NCBI GenBank assembly: GCA_016188915.1
Contig: JACPGU010000004.1
Location: forward strand, 40,198 to 104,197
Source: Candidatus Microgenomates bacterium
GTDB lineage: Bacteria; Patescibacteriota; JACPGU01
Direction of reading: 5' to 3'
DNA: 64,000 bases
Made by a program: the position numbers and the translations under genes
Shown: one piece after another, positions 30,077-39,485 of the stretch
Position numbering within the stretch: position 1 is the stretch's first letter
How the letters are laid out: each line of letters opens with the position of its first letter
Notes under the pieces: generated by a model
Told to the model about the DNA's origin: nothing
Seen by the model: only the letters and a program-made list of their open reading frames with translations
Database searches by the model: none

Positions 30077-31091
30077 CTAGTTTTTCTATCCTCCTTAGTG
30101 CCCTTTGTTTATCCTTGTTGCTGTATTTTTCTATGGCATCCTTTTGTTGCTTCTCCCATTCGAAAAATCCCTCTCCATGCTCTATCATACTTTTGTCAAG
30201 ATTTAGTATCTGTAGCTCCACCTCTTTCTTTGTTATATCGGGGAGACCTTTAATGTAGTTGTAGAAGTGTTGGGTGTTCTCGTCTTCGTCTGCAATCTTT
30301 TCGATTGCCATCATATATTCTTTTGATAGAAGCTTACCAATCTGCTCAATTTGACTTTTTTCTAAAACAGGAAAAGGATTGTCTATCCCTGTTTTTTTAC
30401 TCCAATCGAACTTTATCGCTCCGATAGGGTATTTTAATAGGTGCAGAGTCACGACCAAAGTTGTTATTTCTCGATAAACATATAACCACTCCAATAAGGT
30501 TTTTTCTTGGAATGTCTGAAAGTTTGATTTCAGGATTCCTAGGTGGTTAGAATATCGATACCCTTTTGTGTGAACATAATTATGTAGAAGGCCTAGTTTA
30601 TTAAACCGTTCGCGAAGATTGAGCTTTTGATCAAATGTTTTAATGTTAGCGTTTGAGTATAGTATGTTCTGGATCCTATCTGCTTTCGGTGTATTTGAGT
30701 CCCAAGAGTCCTTCGACATTAGCCAATCTTTAACTGTTTTGTGCCCATCGTCGTTAATGTTGTAATAAACAGACAGCAATCCTAGTTCAAGGCTACTACG
30801 TAGTGATACGAAAGCTTGCTTATAAAAACCAAAGACCATGAGATTAAATGATATTTGTAGCTCTTCCCATGATTCTATATATGGGAAATAATGACCAGAC
30901 GAAAAATTCTCAATTGTTTGAGGTATTATGTCTCCTATGCCTTGATAAATCCACCCTACATCCTTGATCTCTTCTTTTATCTTTGGGTTTTTTAAGAAAA
31001 AAGCTTCTGTTTCCCTTAAAACAACATTACTTTTTTCCGGATCGTATGTGAACGGCATGTAATTAGCTGGGAATGGAATTGGGTTGCCCAT
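30051..31091 (-). CDS. Hypothetical protein (346 aa), stand-alone island cargo
   Basis: Intact ORF between AT-rich noncoding stretches. No motif I can assign. Confidence 0.4.
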   Translation of the reverse strand: MGNPIPFPANYMPFTYDPEKSNVVLRETEAFFLKNPKIKEEIKDVGWIYQGIGDIIPQTIENFSSGHYFPYIESWEELQISFNLMVFGFYKQAFVSLRSSLELGLLSVYYNINDDGHKTVKDWLMSKDSWDSNTPKADRIQNILYSNANIKTFDQKLNLRERFNKLGLLHNYVHTKGYRYSNHLGILKSNFQTFQEKTLLEWLYVYREITTLVVTLHLLKYPIGAIKFDWSKKTGIDNPFPVLEKSQIEQIGKLLSKEYMMAIEKIADEDENTQHFYNYIKGLPDITKKEVELQILNLDKSMIEHGEGFFEWEKQQKDAIEKYSNKDKQRALRRIEKLGLMVKNRG

Positions 31092-31390
31092 TTATAATTT
31101 GATAATCATCGTTTATTTTATACAGATACCGAATAACAACCGAATATTACTCTTTGAGAGTTCTCGCACGGCAACGGCCGAAAGGGGGCTCAAATGCGAG
31201 TGGGGTGGTTGTTTCGGAGCTTTTGTCTAGGTAGGGTTGTTCTGTAGTAAAACCCTCACGCGTTTTTAGGATGCTGAAAAAAATTCTATAATTTTTTTAA
31301 AGCATTTGTTCACTTAACAAGTGTTTTTAGAACTCTGCTTTCTTTTTACTCCTTCCTCCTCAAAACCCCGAGCGTAAGCTCGCGGGAAGC

Positions 31391-31672
31391 TTATGGTTCT
31401 GAAACCGTATCTACGGTGTCCATGCTGTCTAGAGCATATCCCATATCATCATAACTCTCCCAGGTATACCATTTTGCATCCTCTATGATGCTGTTGGCTT
31501 GTTCTATGTTGTCGTTAGCTTCACTTAACGCACTACGATACTCATCTATAGTGTCTTCCAGAGATGAATTTTGGCTTTGCAGGTCGGATATGGTGTTGTG
31601 GCTACTCCAAAGCCAAATGCCTGCTATCAATACTATAACAATGATTATCGTAGTTTCTTTTTTTTGTTCCAT
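31391..31672 (-). CDS. Small membrane-anchored coiled-coil protein with acidic C-terminus
   Basis: TM helix IIIVIVLIAGIWLW followed by a heptad-like region. Confidence 0.3.
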   Translation of the reverse strand: MEQKKETTIIIVIVLIAGIWLWSSHNTISDLQSQNSSLEDTIDEYRSALSEANDNIEQANSIIEDAKWYTWESYDDMGYALDSMDTVDTVSEP

Positions 31673-31912
31673 AGAGCTATCTATTTATTCCGTAACTTCT
31701 CGAACACACTTTATAGCTTAATTCAAGAACTGAAAGTGTACCAGCTTTTTTATTAGCTATATTAGCTAGCATTTTTTGTTACATGCAATCGTTGTAACCA
31801 TTGGTCTTATCTCAAACCAGCCAAAAAGCAAGACAAATAAAACTACCCACAAAATAGTTGTTAAGTGTTTTTTAATGGGTGTCAAAATATGCTTTATCTT
31901 CATTGTTACCTA

Positions 31913-32218
31913 TTATTTCTTTGGTAGTCGTCCACCGCTACTCAAGCAATCCGCGATAGAGTTATAGGGGGTAAAATTGGTCGTTTTCGAATAATAAGTG
32001 GTGCCTTCTCCATGGCAAATCCCCGTAGTGCTTTTTTTGACAGGAGGGTTTTCGGAGTCGCTACCACTACTAGGAATACTTTGGGTATTCTCTTGCTTGG
32101 CACTGCTATTTTTTGTACTACTTGCCCCTTTTGAATAGGCGAACACCAAACCAGCCATTACTAGGATGGCAACAACTACACCGATTATGACCCTGTATGT
32201 TGTGTTGAGCTTTACCAT
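31913..32218 (-). CDS. Small secreted/anchored protein ending in a conserved two-Cys C-terminal module (ICHGEGTTYY..FTPYN..CLSSGGRLP)
   Basis: N-terminal hydrophobic segment. The C-terminal 40 aa are nearly identical at protein level to the thermonuclease C-terminus, although the DNA has diverged. Confidence 0.45.
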   Translation of the reverse strand: MVKLNTTYRVIIGVVVAILVMAGLVFAYSKGASSTKNSSAKQENTQSIPSSGSDSENPPVKKSTTGICHGEGTTYYSKTTNFTPYNSIADCLSSGGRLPKK

Positions 32219-32445
32219 TTCTTATATCCTTTCTTGCTAGTGAAGGGGTTAAAATTACCTTTTGATGAAAAGTTATTAAACTTTTTCTTATCTGACTTTG
32301 TTTTATAATAAGGCATTACATAGGTGCCTCTCTTGGTGCTATAGCCCTTGACTCTCACATAAGCACTGGCAGAATTTGGCACAGCAAAAATCCCTATAGT
32401 CAGGATAAATAGACCCAAGACGATCGTGCCAATATATCTTTTCAT
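32212..32445 (-). CDS. Small basic secreted protein (Lys/Tyr-rich)
   Basis: Signal peptide MKRYIGTIVLGLFILTIGIFAVPNSASA, then KGYSTKRGTYVMPYYKTKSDKKK... Confidence 0.35.
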   Translation of the reverse strand: MKRYIGTIVLGLFILTIGIFAVPNSASAYVRVKGYSTKRGTYVMPYYKTKSDKKKFNNFSSKGNFNPFTSKKGYKKW

Positions 32446-32506
32446 TTTTCTCCCTTCTGATTATTTGTGGCTGTATTATACACATTAATTAGTAGAAAAG
32501 ATAGCC

Positions 32507-33469
32507 CTATCTTAACGGAAGTCTGCCTCCACTATCTAAGCATTCGTCAATAGTATTGTATGGCGTAAAGTAAATTGTTTGATTGTAATAGGTGGTTCCG
32601 GGAGCATGACAAATGCTGGTCTTACTTTTCTTTACTGGGAGTGTTGTAGTTGTAGTAGAAGGTGGGAGAGTCGGAGTTGTTGGTTGAGTAGCTGTCGGCG
32701 AACTCCCGCCAGATGTATTTTGGGTCGGAGTAGTTGCTTCTTGGGTCGTATCGCCCCCACACGCAGAGGCACTCCAAAGGCCTCTATTTGCCTCTATAGC
32801 TTGTTTCTCCGCCTCTTTGAACTCTTGTTGGTATTTGTAGGGATTGCTCTGATAGGTGTATTCATGAGCGTAGCCGTCTAGGATCATTTTTTTATTAAAG
32901 TTTGTGCCGTCTTCAAGAAAAACAAACCGCAACAATCTCCCGTATTTGTCTCTTTCGTTTTGTGTAAGGTCTTTTTCAAGACGCACTTTTTGTTCTGTAA
33001 GGATCATTTTGGCTCTGTCTGAGGCCTCTTTGCCGAAGCATTGTACTGGCTTGCGAGGATCTACCGTTTCCGGTGTGTCTATACCAACAAGCCGAATGGC
33101 TTCTAGCTTGCCACTTATCTCAACCTTGATAGTGTCGCCATCAGTAACGCTGGCTACTAGATAGAGGGTATCGTCGAGCGAAGTGGTGCTATCTTCTGCT
33201 GACTTCTCTTGCTGATTTTTACTTGCTTCTATATTTGCTTCATCCTTAGTTTGTTTTGGCTGATTAGTGTTTGTGGCACCATTGGTTGTTTTTGGAGCTG
33301 TAAGCCCAACGCCAACGAAAAACACAAAACTGGCAATACCAAAAATTAGGCCTATCGATTTTCTCGCAACACTGCCTTTCAAAATACGAGAGAAAATAGA
33401 TGGCTTAATGAGACCAGCAACCAAGGAGATTAGAGATAGGATAAACAGCAGAAAAAATACAAGAGTCAT
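32507..33469 (-). CDS. Membrane-anchored thermonuclease (staphylococcal-nuclease-like) with a Thr/Pro-rich linker and a C-terminal two-Cys module
   Basis: SNase core motifs (VTDGDTIKVE...IRLVGIDTPET...RDKYGRLLRFVF). N-terminal TM helix. Low-complexity TTPTQ..PTTPTLPPSTTTT linker. C-terminus ...SICHAPGTTYYNQTIYFTPYNTIDECLDSGGRLPLR. Confidence 0.7.
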   Translation of the reverse strand: MTLVFFLLFILSLISLVAGLIKPSIFSRILKGSVARKSIGLIFGIASFVFFVGVGLTAPKTTNGATNTNQPKQTKDEANIEASKNQQEKSAEDSTTSLDDTLYLVASVTDGDTIKVEISGKLEAIRLVGIDTPETVDPRKPVQCFGKEASDRAKMILTEQKVRLEKDLTQNERDKYGRLLRFVFLEDGTNFNKKMILDGYAHEYTYQSNPYKYQQEFKEAEKQAIEANRGLWSASACGGDTTQEATTPTQNTSGGSSPTATQPTTPTLPPSTTTTTLPVKKSKTSICHAPGTTYYNQTIYFTPYNTIDECLDSGGRLPLR

Positions 33470-33480
33470 AAGATTCGTTT

Positions 33481-33921
33481 TTATAGATAGTATTCATAAA
33501 GAAAATATCCGATGACGGCTATCAAAAATCCTATGCCAAGTATCTTCCAAATTGCTCCAACGCCATCACGCTCATTATCGGTCGTTTGATTACTTTGCGA
33601 TACTGATGTTACGGCTTGATTATTTACCTTCGCCTCTTCTTTTTTTGGCTCCGGTATCACAGGCGGAGGAGTAGGATTGACTTGTAGCTGGGGTGTAGTT
33701 GGCAATAATCTTTTTGGCTCTGTACAGCTCGGATAATATGGAGCACAAGTAGCAGAAAATGGCGTGCCATCATTACAGCCACAGGTGCCTACTCCACCAT
33801 GGTGCGAGCAACATCCAGATCGAGCATATGATGTAACCGGAATCGTGATTACAGCAACAAACATGAAAAAACTAGCGATACCTATGTTTAGACGCAATTT
33901 GTTATCGTTCTGGTTATGCAT
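33481..33921 (-). CDS. Cys-rich, Pro-rich small membrane protein
   Basis: N-terminal TM helix, CCSHHGGVGTCGCNDG...CAPYYPSC, and a C-terminal TM helix. Confidence 0.3.
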   Translation of the reverse strand: MHNQNDNKLRLNIGIASFFMFVAVITIPVTSYARSGCCSHHGGVGTCGCNDGTPFSATCAPYYPSCTEPKRLLPTTPQLQVNPTPPPVIPEPKKEEAKVNNQAVTSVSQSNQTTDNERDGVGAIWKILGIGFLIAVIGYFLYEYYL

Positions 33922-35359
33922 TTTTTAAAATAGGAATTTTGAATTCGTTTACCGCCCTGCTGATGCCTTGTTTCATTGATGTGTACATTTTCTTTAGTTT
34001 CAATATTTTCTTGTCCCACATACTTTCAATCTTAATCATAGTCTCTTTTTGGCGACCAACACTCTCATTTATAGATTTTACTTCTGCGTTTATTCTACTG
34101 ATGTTGTCCTCTGTATTTTTCTTTAATACTTCAATCTCTGGATAAAAAGTAGCATTTTGTAATATGGTTTTTTTGCTTTCCTCTAATTGAACGATCTCAT
34201 TTTTTAATCTGCTAATCTTTTTTATACACACTCTACGATGCTTAATATTGCGTAGCTTAAAAGTGATATTTAGAATAATGAGAGTTATCGTTGTAAATAG
34301 TAATTCAATAGGTGCAGTAACGTGTTGCTGTTTGAGGCCAATATGTTTCCACCAATATGTTACAAGTAGGGAAGCTGGTATTGTAAAAATCCTGAAGACT
34401 TGGTTAAAATTATGTGTAATATCAGAACTAGATGCCGACCATAAGATAGCTAAAGTGATTGCCAATATTCCTAAAGCAAAGTTGACGATCAGATAAATAG
34501 CGTAAAAAGCCTTTGCGTAGGTATTGCTATTTTTCGATACAGATGGGTATGTGAGCTCCGCAAGTAAAAGGAGGGAGATTGGGATTACTACACCAAAAAT
34601 TACACACCACATATTCAGGCTTATTTCTGAAAGCCCATAATTGATGAATACCTCTCGTGCGAGTCCAAACATTATGAATACTTCCGCAAGGAATAATATT
34701 ATGGCAGGCAAAGCTATTATAATTTTTATGATACTTTCCGACAATATACTGGACAATTCATTTTGCCTTGCAGATAACCCATGTATCTTTTGTAATAAAT
34801 CCTCCGATTCCTTACTCTTTTCCCTAAACTCTCGTTCTAGGCTCTGTATGGCGATTCGGTAATCGTCTATCTGCTTATTAATTTCGTTGATCTGTTTTTC
34901 TGCTCCGTTAATATGATCTTTATACTCTTTAGACCCCCGCAGTGTCTTTTCTCCGTTCACCATATCATCTAGTGTAGTATCAGTATCTCGCAGGAGTTGC
35001 TTTTTTCGTTCCTCAAGAGCAGAAATATTATTTCTTATCTCCTCGGATTTTCTTTTTAATATACTTTCTGCTTCTTCTATTCTTTTATCAAAATCGTAGC
35101 CTTCTAGTACAGAATTTTGTATCTCGGACGAGAATATCGGCGATAACTTTGTCGCTGATAGATTAGTATTATTTTCTGACAGGCTTCGCCAAATAGCTAT
35201 ACCGGCTCTTTTTATTTTACCCTTCGCCAATCTATATCCCCTGAATTCGTAATCAAATCTATACTTGAGAGCAAAGTATGTCTTGATTAATACAGCTATA
35301 ACTAAAACGGTTGCTAGTCCATATAGAGCCATGATGATGTTGTCTTTCTGTATGATCAT
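33914..35359 (-). CDS. Multi-TM membrane protein with long coiled-coil segments
   Basis: N-terminal TM helix, heptad-rich stretches, 4-5 central TM helices, and a C-terminal coiled coil. Separated by 2 nt from the upstream zinc-ribbon gene. Confidence 0.35.
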   Translation of the reverse strand: MIIQKDNIIMALYGLATVLVIAVLIKTYFALKYRFDYEFRGYRLAKGKIKRAGIAIWRSLSENNTNLSATKLSPIFSSEIQNSVLEGYDFDKRIEEAESILKRKSEEIRNNISALEERKKQLLRDTDTTLDDMVNGEKTLRGSKEYKDHINGAEKQINEINKQIDDYRIAIQSLEREFREKSKESEDLLQKIHGLSARQNELSSILSESIIKIIIALPAIILFLAEVFIMFGLAREVFINYGLSEISLNMWCVIFGVVIPISLLLLAELTYPSVSKNSNTYAKAFYAIYLIVNFALGILAITLAILWSASSSDITHNFNQVFRIFTIPASLLVTYWWKHIGLKQQHVTAPIELLFTTITLIILNITFKLRNIKHRRVCIKKISRLKNEIVQLEESKKTILQNATFYPEIEVLKKNTEDNISRINAEVKSINESVGRQKETMIKIESMWDKKILKLKKMYTSMKQGISRAVNEFKIPILKNA

Positions 35360-35361
35360 GA

Positions 35362-36681
35362 TTAAGAAGTTAATAGTTTATCGTAGATGGTTTTTATCTC
35401 GTCGCGACAAGCTCCGATTGATCCGCTGTCTGTTAGCCCTACGGGTATTATCTGTATACTGTATGGTTTTTGCGTAAAGTTAGCTTTTAGGTTCTGTACC
35501 TGCCATGATCCCAAATAGTAACTAGAAAAATTATCATTTTTTTGTGGGCGACTACCGCATTGCTTGCTGGAGTCTGAACTTTGATCTTGTAGGCACTGCT
35601 CATAGGTCTGTATTCTGTAAATAAATTGTGCTGATATGTAGTTTTTATATCTCGTGCAGTCAGAATAAGTGAGTCCATAAGCATAATAAGCAAAGGGAAA
35701 TTTTATGTTACCTGCAACTATCAATACGCCAGTTATGTTTTTATAGCCCCTATTCACATAACCGTTCATATATTCGTTTATTTTGGCGTAGTAATCAGTA
35801 AAATTAATATCCTCCGGCTTGTTTCCAACATCGCTAAAATAGGCTTTTATTTTTGATACGATATCTTTGTAACCATAGACCGTCATTGTCTTTTCTCTGC
35901 CATCGTCATCGTTCTGTTTGTCATTATCGATTGCATCAAATTCTATTACTTTCGTACCGTTGTGATCGTAATTAGTAATCTTCATAGATATGTTGATTTT
36001 CCTTGTCAGCTTAAGCGATTTATTAGATCCATAAACATCTAAGACCAAGCTATCATTGAACTTAAGTGGTCCCTGCTTATTAAAAATATCCGCGATAACG
36101 CTGTCTGTATCGTCATCACTTAATTTGCTAGATAGGTTTATATATGTAAGCTTGCGTTCCGCGGTTTGGCTATCAACCATCATAAACTCATCTTTGAATT
36201 CTCTATTTAAGCATTGATTGTTTTTACATGAGGCGAGAATTTTATCAACCGAAATATGAATAGGCGTTTTATTGATACTGTCGCTTTCTATTGGTACAAG
36301 ATCAAGGGACGACCCTATTTCATTTCCATTCATTTTATAGTCAAAATATTTTTCCATCCTTTTGGTAAATATGATTTTCATGGTTGTCTTGCTGTTTCCT
36401 CCGGCAAGAATAGTCCTAGCATTGTCATTTTTGTAAATGAATATCCCTCCAAGCAAAACTATCAGGATGAATATCCCGATTATAGTTGCGATAATTAATG
36501 TTTCCTTGATAGTTCCTGTCATTTTCTTACCACAATTAGAACAAAAGGAAGCTTTTTTTACCTCTTTATTACAATTACTGCATTTTATTTTCGTTTTACC
36601 CGTAACCACAGAATAACCACAGTCAACGCAAAAATTGACTCCTTCGTCTAGCTCATGACCACATTGAATACAGTTGGGCAT
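35362..36681 (-). CDS. Double-zinc-ribbon membrane protein with a large extracytoplasmic domain
   Basis: N-terminus CIQCGHE..CVDCG...CSNCNKE..CSNCGKK, one TM helix, and an extracellular region of about 330 aa. Confidence 0.4.
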   Translation of the reverse strand: MPNCIQCGHELDEGVNFCVDCGYSVVTGKTKIKCSNCNKEVKKASFCSNCGKKMTGTIKETLIIATIIGIFILIVLLGGIFIYKNDNARTILAGGNSKTTMKIIFTKRMEKYFDYKMNGNEIGSSLDLVPIESDSINKTPIHISVDKILASCKNNQCLNREFKDEFMMVDSQTAERKLTYINLSSKLSDDDTDSVIADIFNKQGPLKFNDSLVLDVYGSNKSLKLTRKINISMKITNYDHNGTKVIEFDAIDNDKQNDDDGREKTMTVYGYKDIVSKIKAYFSDVGNKPEDINFTDYYAKINEYMNGYVNRGYKNITGVLIVAGNIKFPFAYYAYGLTYSDCTRYKNYISAQFIYRIQTYEQCLQDQSSDSSKQCGSRPQKNDNFSSYYLGSWQVQNLKANFTQKPYSIQIIPVGLTDSGSIGACRDEIKTIYDKLLTS

Positions 36682-36879
36682 GCGTGTAATCTTAGATAAA
36701 ATAAGAGATTAGAGTATTGCTAAGGACTACCGTGGTTGCCATAACTCTAAGTTATACCTATGATAAGCTATTATTTAGATAATTGCAAGGCCCGGAGAGC
36801 GTAAAGGCAGATGATGCCCACAGCAATCCTATAGTTTAAGAAAAAAGCCTTTTATCCGAGTCATGATTGACGGTTTAGC

Positions 36880-37416
36880 CTAATTGTTTTGGCTATCAAG
36901 ATTTTCCAGTGCCCTTAGTGCCTCCTCTCTCTCGTATGGGTTGAACGACTGGATCGTTATAGGCTCTTTTCCTGTGATGTCAGATAACTGATGATGGCTG
37001 GTTTTAGTCACCACTAACTGATATTTTCTATCTTTACATATAATCTCGTAATCACCATTAAGGAAATCTAAAAATTCACTCAAGTCGCCTTTGTCTATCA
37101 ATGTGTGATAACTGCAATAACTTCCCTTTTCATCAATTCTTGGGCGACTTTGGATTATGATATGATTTGTCTCCATATCGCGAACAGCGAAGAATGCTCC
37201 TGTAGTTAGCCATTGCCCACAGCGATTTTCTGAAATACCGCCATAATCCTTTGGGGCGTATCGATAATACATCATCATTTTTTCTAGATCGTACCCGTTC
37301 TTAACAGACATAAGAGCGTCCCATTCTTTGCGACTAAAAACCTTAATATCATCTTGGGTATCGCCAGCCTTTTCTTCCTTATTTGGTTTCATGAGGCCTT
37401 CTTTTAGTAATAGCAA
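36880..37416 (-). CDS. Hypothetical protein (last gene of a 5-gene island operon)
   Basis: ORF overlaps the upstream gene, suggesting translational coupling. Confidence 0.3.
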   Translation of the reverse strand: MLLLKEGLMKPNKEEKAGDTQDDIKVFSRKEWDALMSVKNGYDLEKMMMYYRYAPKDYGGISENRCGQWLTTGAFFAVRDMETNHIIIQSRPRIDEKGSYCSYHTLIDKGDLSEFLDFLNGDYEIICKDRKYQLVVTKTSHHQLSDITGKEPITIQSFNPYEREEALRALENLDSQNN

Positions 37417-37705
37417 GATTGACTATGAAGATAACGCTAGCCACCACATTAAAAGTCGCCCATATTTCTCTTTGGAAGTAAAAAGAGGCGATGGGGTTAA
37501 AAATGATAGCGATAACAGCGAATATCCAAAGCCAGAGTTGATCTTTCTCCTCGTATTCACTATACGCAGAATACGCGGAGACACCACAAACTAACCATCG
37601 CAGGAACTGATAGTAGAAATACGGCCAGTGCAAAACGGCTATCAATAAAGCGATAGCCGAAATAGCCTTTAAGGTGGCTAAGTAATTGGTATCGTGTTTA
37701 TTCAT
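37379..37705 (-). CDS. Small 3-TM membrane protein
   Basis: Hydrophobic helices. ATGA start/stop overlap with the upstream gene. Confidence 0.3.
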   Translation of the reverse strand: MNKHDTNYLATLKAISAIALLIAVLHWPYFYYQFLRWLVCGVSAYSAYSEYEEKDQLWLWIFAVIAIIFNPIASFYFQREIWATFNVVASVIFIVNLAITKRRPHETK

Positions 37706-38259
37706 GAGGGCACATAGATGTTTGCTATATTAAAAAGTTCTTGCATCATGGGGATTTCTTTGTATTCAGCCAAGAGAGAGACCTGACGCGATATACCTCC
37801 CTCCCTAAACATCTCTCTGGCTTTCTTTGTTTTGCCTAAATGATGGAGAGAGCCGGCGTATAGAAAGACGATATCTGCCATCGGAAGGCCATCGAAACCA
37901 TAAGGTTGGGCACCTATTTTCATATCATGAATATCGCAAGTAAGCTTTTCGCATTTCTCATATTCGCCGAGGCAATATAGGGCAACGGCACTGAAGAAGT
38001 AGGGGAGATAAAAGTTCGGATGCTCTTTCGTCATTCCCTCCATTGCTCCCAACGCTTTTTGGAAGTTTTCTTTACTGTGATCGCGTGAAAAGGAATCCAT
38101 CACCTTAGACATCCTAATATATCCCCTGATAAGATCAGATTTATCATTTGACATAAGGGAGTTGAATATGGAGTATTGGTCTTTCTTGGCGGGCATAAGA
38201 TTATTTTTATTCTTTTTGGTTGTAATGGTTATGAGGGGAAACCAGCTCTTTATTTTCAA
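37702..38259 (-). CDS. Helical (TPR-like) hypothetical protein
   Basis: The true start is probably the internal Met near 38196. Shows an alpha-helical repeat character. Confidence 0.3.
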   Translation of the reverse strand: MKIKSWFPLITITTKKNKNNLMPAKKDQYSIFNSLMSNDKSDLIRGYIRMSKVMDSFSRDHSKENFQKALGAMEGMTKEHPNFYLPYFFSAVALYCLGEYEKCEKLTCDIHDMKIGAQPYGFDGLPMADIVFLYAGSLHHLGKTKKAREMFREGGISRQVSLLAEYKEIPMMQELFNIANIYVPS

Positions 38260-38956
38260 TAGGCCAGTTAAGCTTGTCTTCTCGCCATAGAAGAGAGCTT
38301 ATTTGGATGCCTAGATTGTTTTTCTCTTGCCCATAATCTAGGTCATCTATAACCAAAGCTCTTCCTTTTTTGTCTAATTCTTTCGTAACCTTCAGCTTGT
38401 TATCGAGCGGACTGTCCCTTTTTATTTTTTTCCTGTCTAGCCCAATCCGTGAAAAAGTAGCACCTACATTATTCGGAGCAACAGAAAAAACATTCTCATA
38501 ATCAAAGGCCAGAATTTTTCCGTCACACAAAAGATTTAAAGAATCAGAAATCATTTTCAGATATTCTTGGTTAACGTCTGACAATATCCCCATCTTCAAT
38601 CTAGGAAACTGTAGTCTGATAAAACATAATAAAGGGACTATACTTTCTCTAAAAATAATTTTCTTGTCCTTCGGCACTCCCAAAGTACCCCAAACATCCC
38701 ATAATAGATACTGATCTTTTATCTTTAAGTTTTTAAACCTCCTCTCAACATTTTCTGTAACTGATTTGCAAAAAGCTTTTTCTTCTTCAAAAATAACATC
38801 AATTAGCCCGTTTGTATATGTATCGTCCAAAGAAGGGGCATTCTTTTTTATTCTTTGTGATATTTTTTGAAATATTTGCTTGTTTACTTTTTCATCCAAA
38901 AAATCATTCCAAAAACCTTTTGGTTTTTCTTGTTTTGGTTCAAAAGACTTTCTCAT
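38207..38956 (-). CDS. Hypothetical protein with degenerate HAD-hydrolase-like motifs
   Basis: LWDVWGTLG (motif-I-like, second Asp replaced), GILSDVN (motif II-like), and ALVIDDLDYG (motif IV-like). Tentative. Confidence 0.25.
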   Translation of the reverse strand: MRKSFEPKQEKPKGFWNDFLDEKVNKQIFQKISQRIKKNAPSLDDTYTNGLIDVIFEEEKAFCKSVTENVERRFKNLKIKDQYLLWDVWGTLGVPKDKKIIFRESIVPLLCFIRLQFPRLKMGILSDVNQEYLKMISDSLNLLCDGKILAFDYENVFSVAPNNVGATFSRIGLDRKKIKRDSPLDNKLKVTKELDKKGRALVIDDLDYGQEKNNLGIQISSLLWREDKLNWPIENKELVSPHNHYNQKE

Positions 38957-38982
38957 TTATTACGCCCCACTTACCTTGCTAG

Positions 38983-39318
38983 TCATACACTTTTATTTTC
39001 TGAATAAATCATAACTCCGCCTATCAGCCCGAAAATTATCATTGAAATGAGTTCTGTCGTATTGTCGTCCATTCCCATGAATGATAGTACGGTGCCTATT
39101 ATTGGCGGAATGATAAAAAGGATTACCAATTTTATTATAGTCTGAATATGTTTTTTATGCACCCTTGTCCTTTGCTCTATTTCCTGTTTTATGCCTTCAG
39201 AACTGCGTCCCAAAGTGCACAAAGCATTGTCATTATCCCCATATTTTTTTCTCAATTCCAATAACTCTTTTAATTTTCTTTTATTCTCCGCTCCTTGTGT
39301 TTCTTCCCAGCCAAACAT
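38983..39318 (-). CDS. Small 2-TM membrane protein (first gene of the operon)
   Basis: Charged N-terminus followed by two TM helices. Confidence 0.3.
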   Translation of the reverse strand: MFGWEETQGAENKRKLKELLELRKKYGDNDNALCTLGRSSEGIKQEIEQRTRVHKKHIQTIIKLVILFIIPPIIGTVLSFMGMDDNTTELISMIIFGLIGGVMIYSENKSV

Positions 39319-39485
39319 ATTTTTGTGTAAAATAATATTTTGGATCGAACAAAGACTCCTTCGTTACGCAGATAATTAATGCCAGAAAAATCTGAAGATT
39401 CTTAAATAAAAGTTTTTGATAGGACTGCCTATACGGCATATAAGAATCAGAATCGTTGGAATAAGAACAAAGAACGGATATATTT

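Noticed and set aside
38207-38956. Calling the 249-aa protein a bona fide HAD phosphatase
   Set aside because: Motif I lacks the second Asp and lies about 90 aa from the N-terminus. I kept it only as a tentative HAD-like fold.
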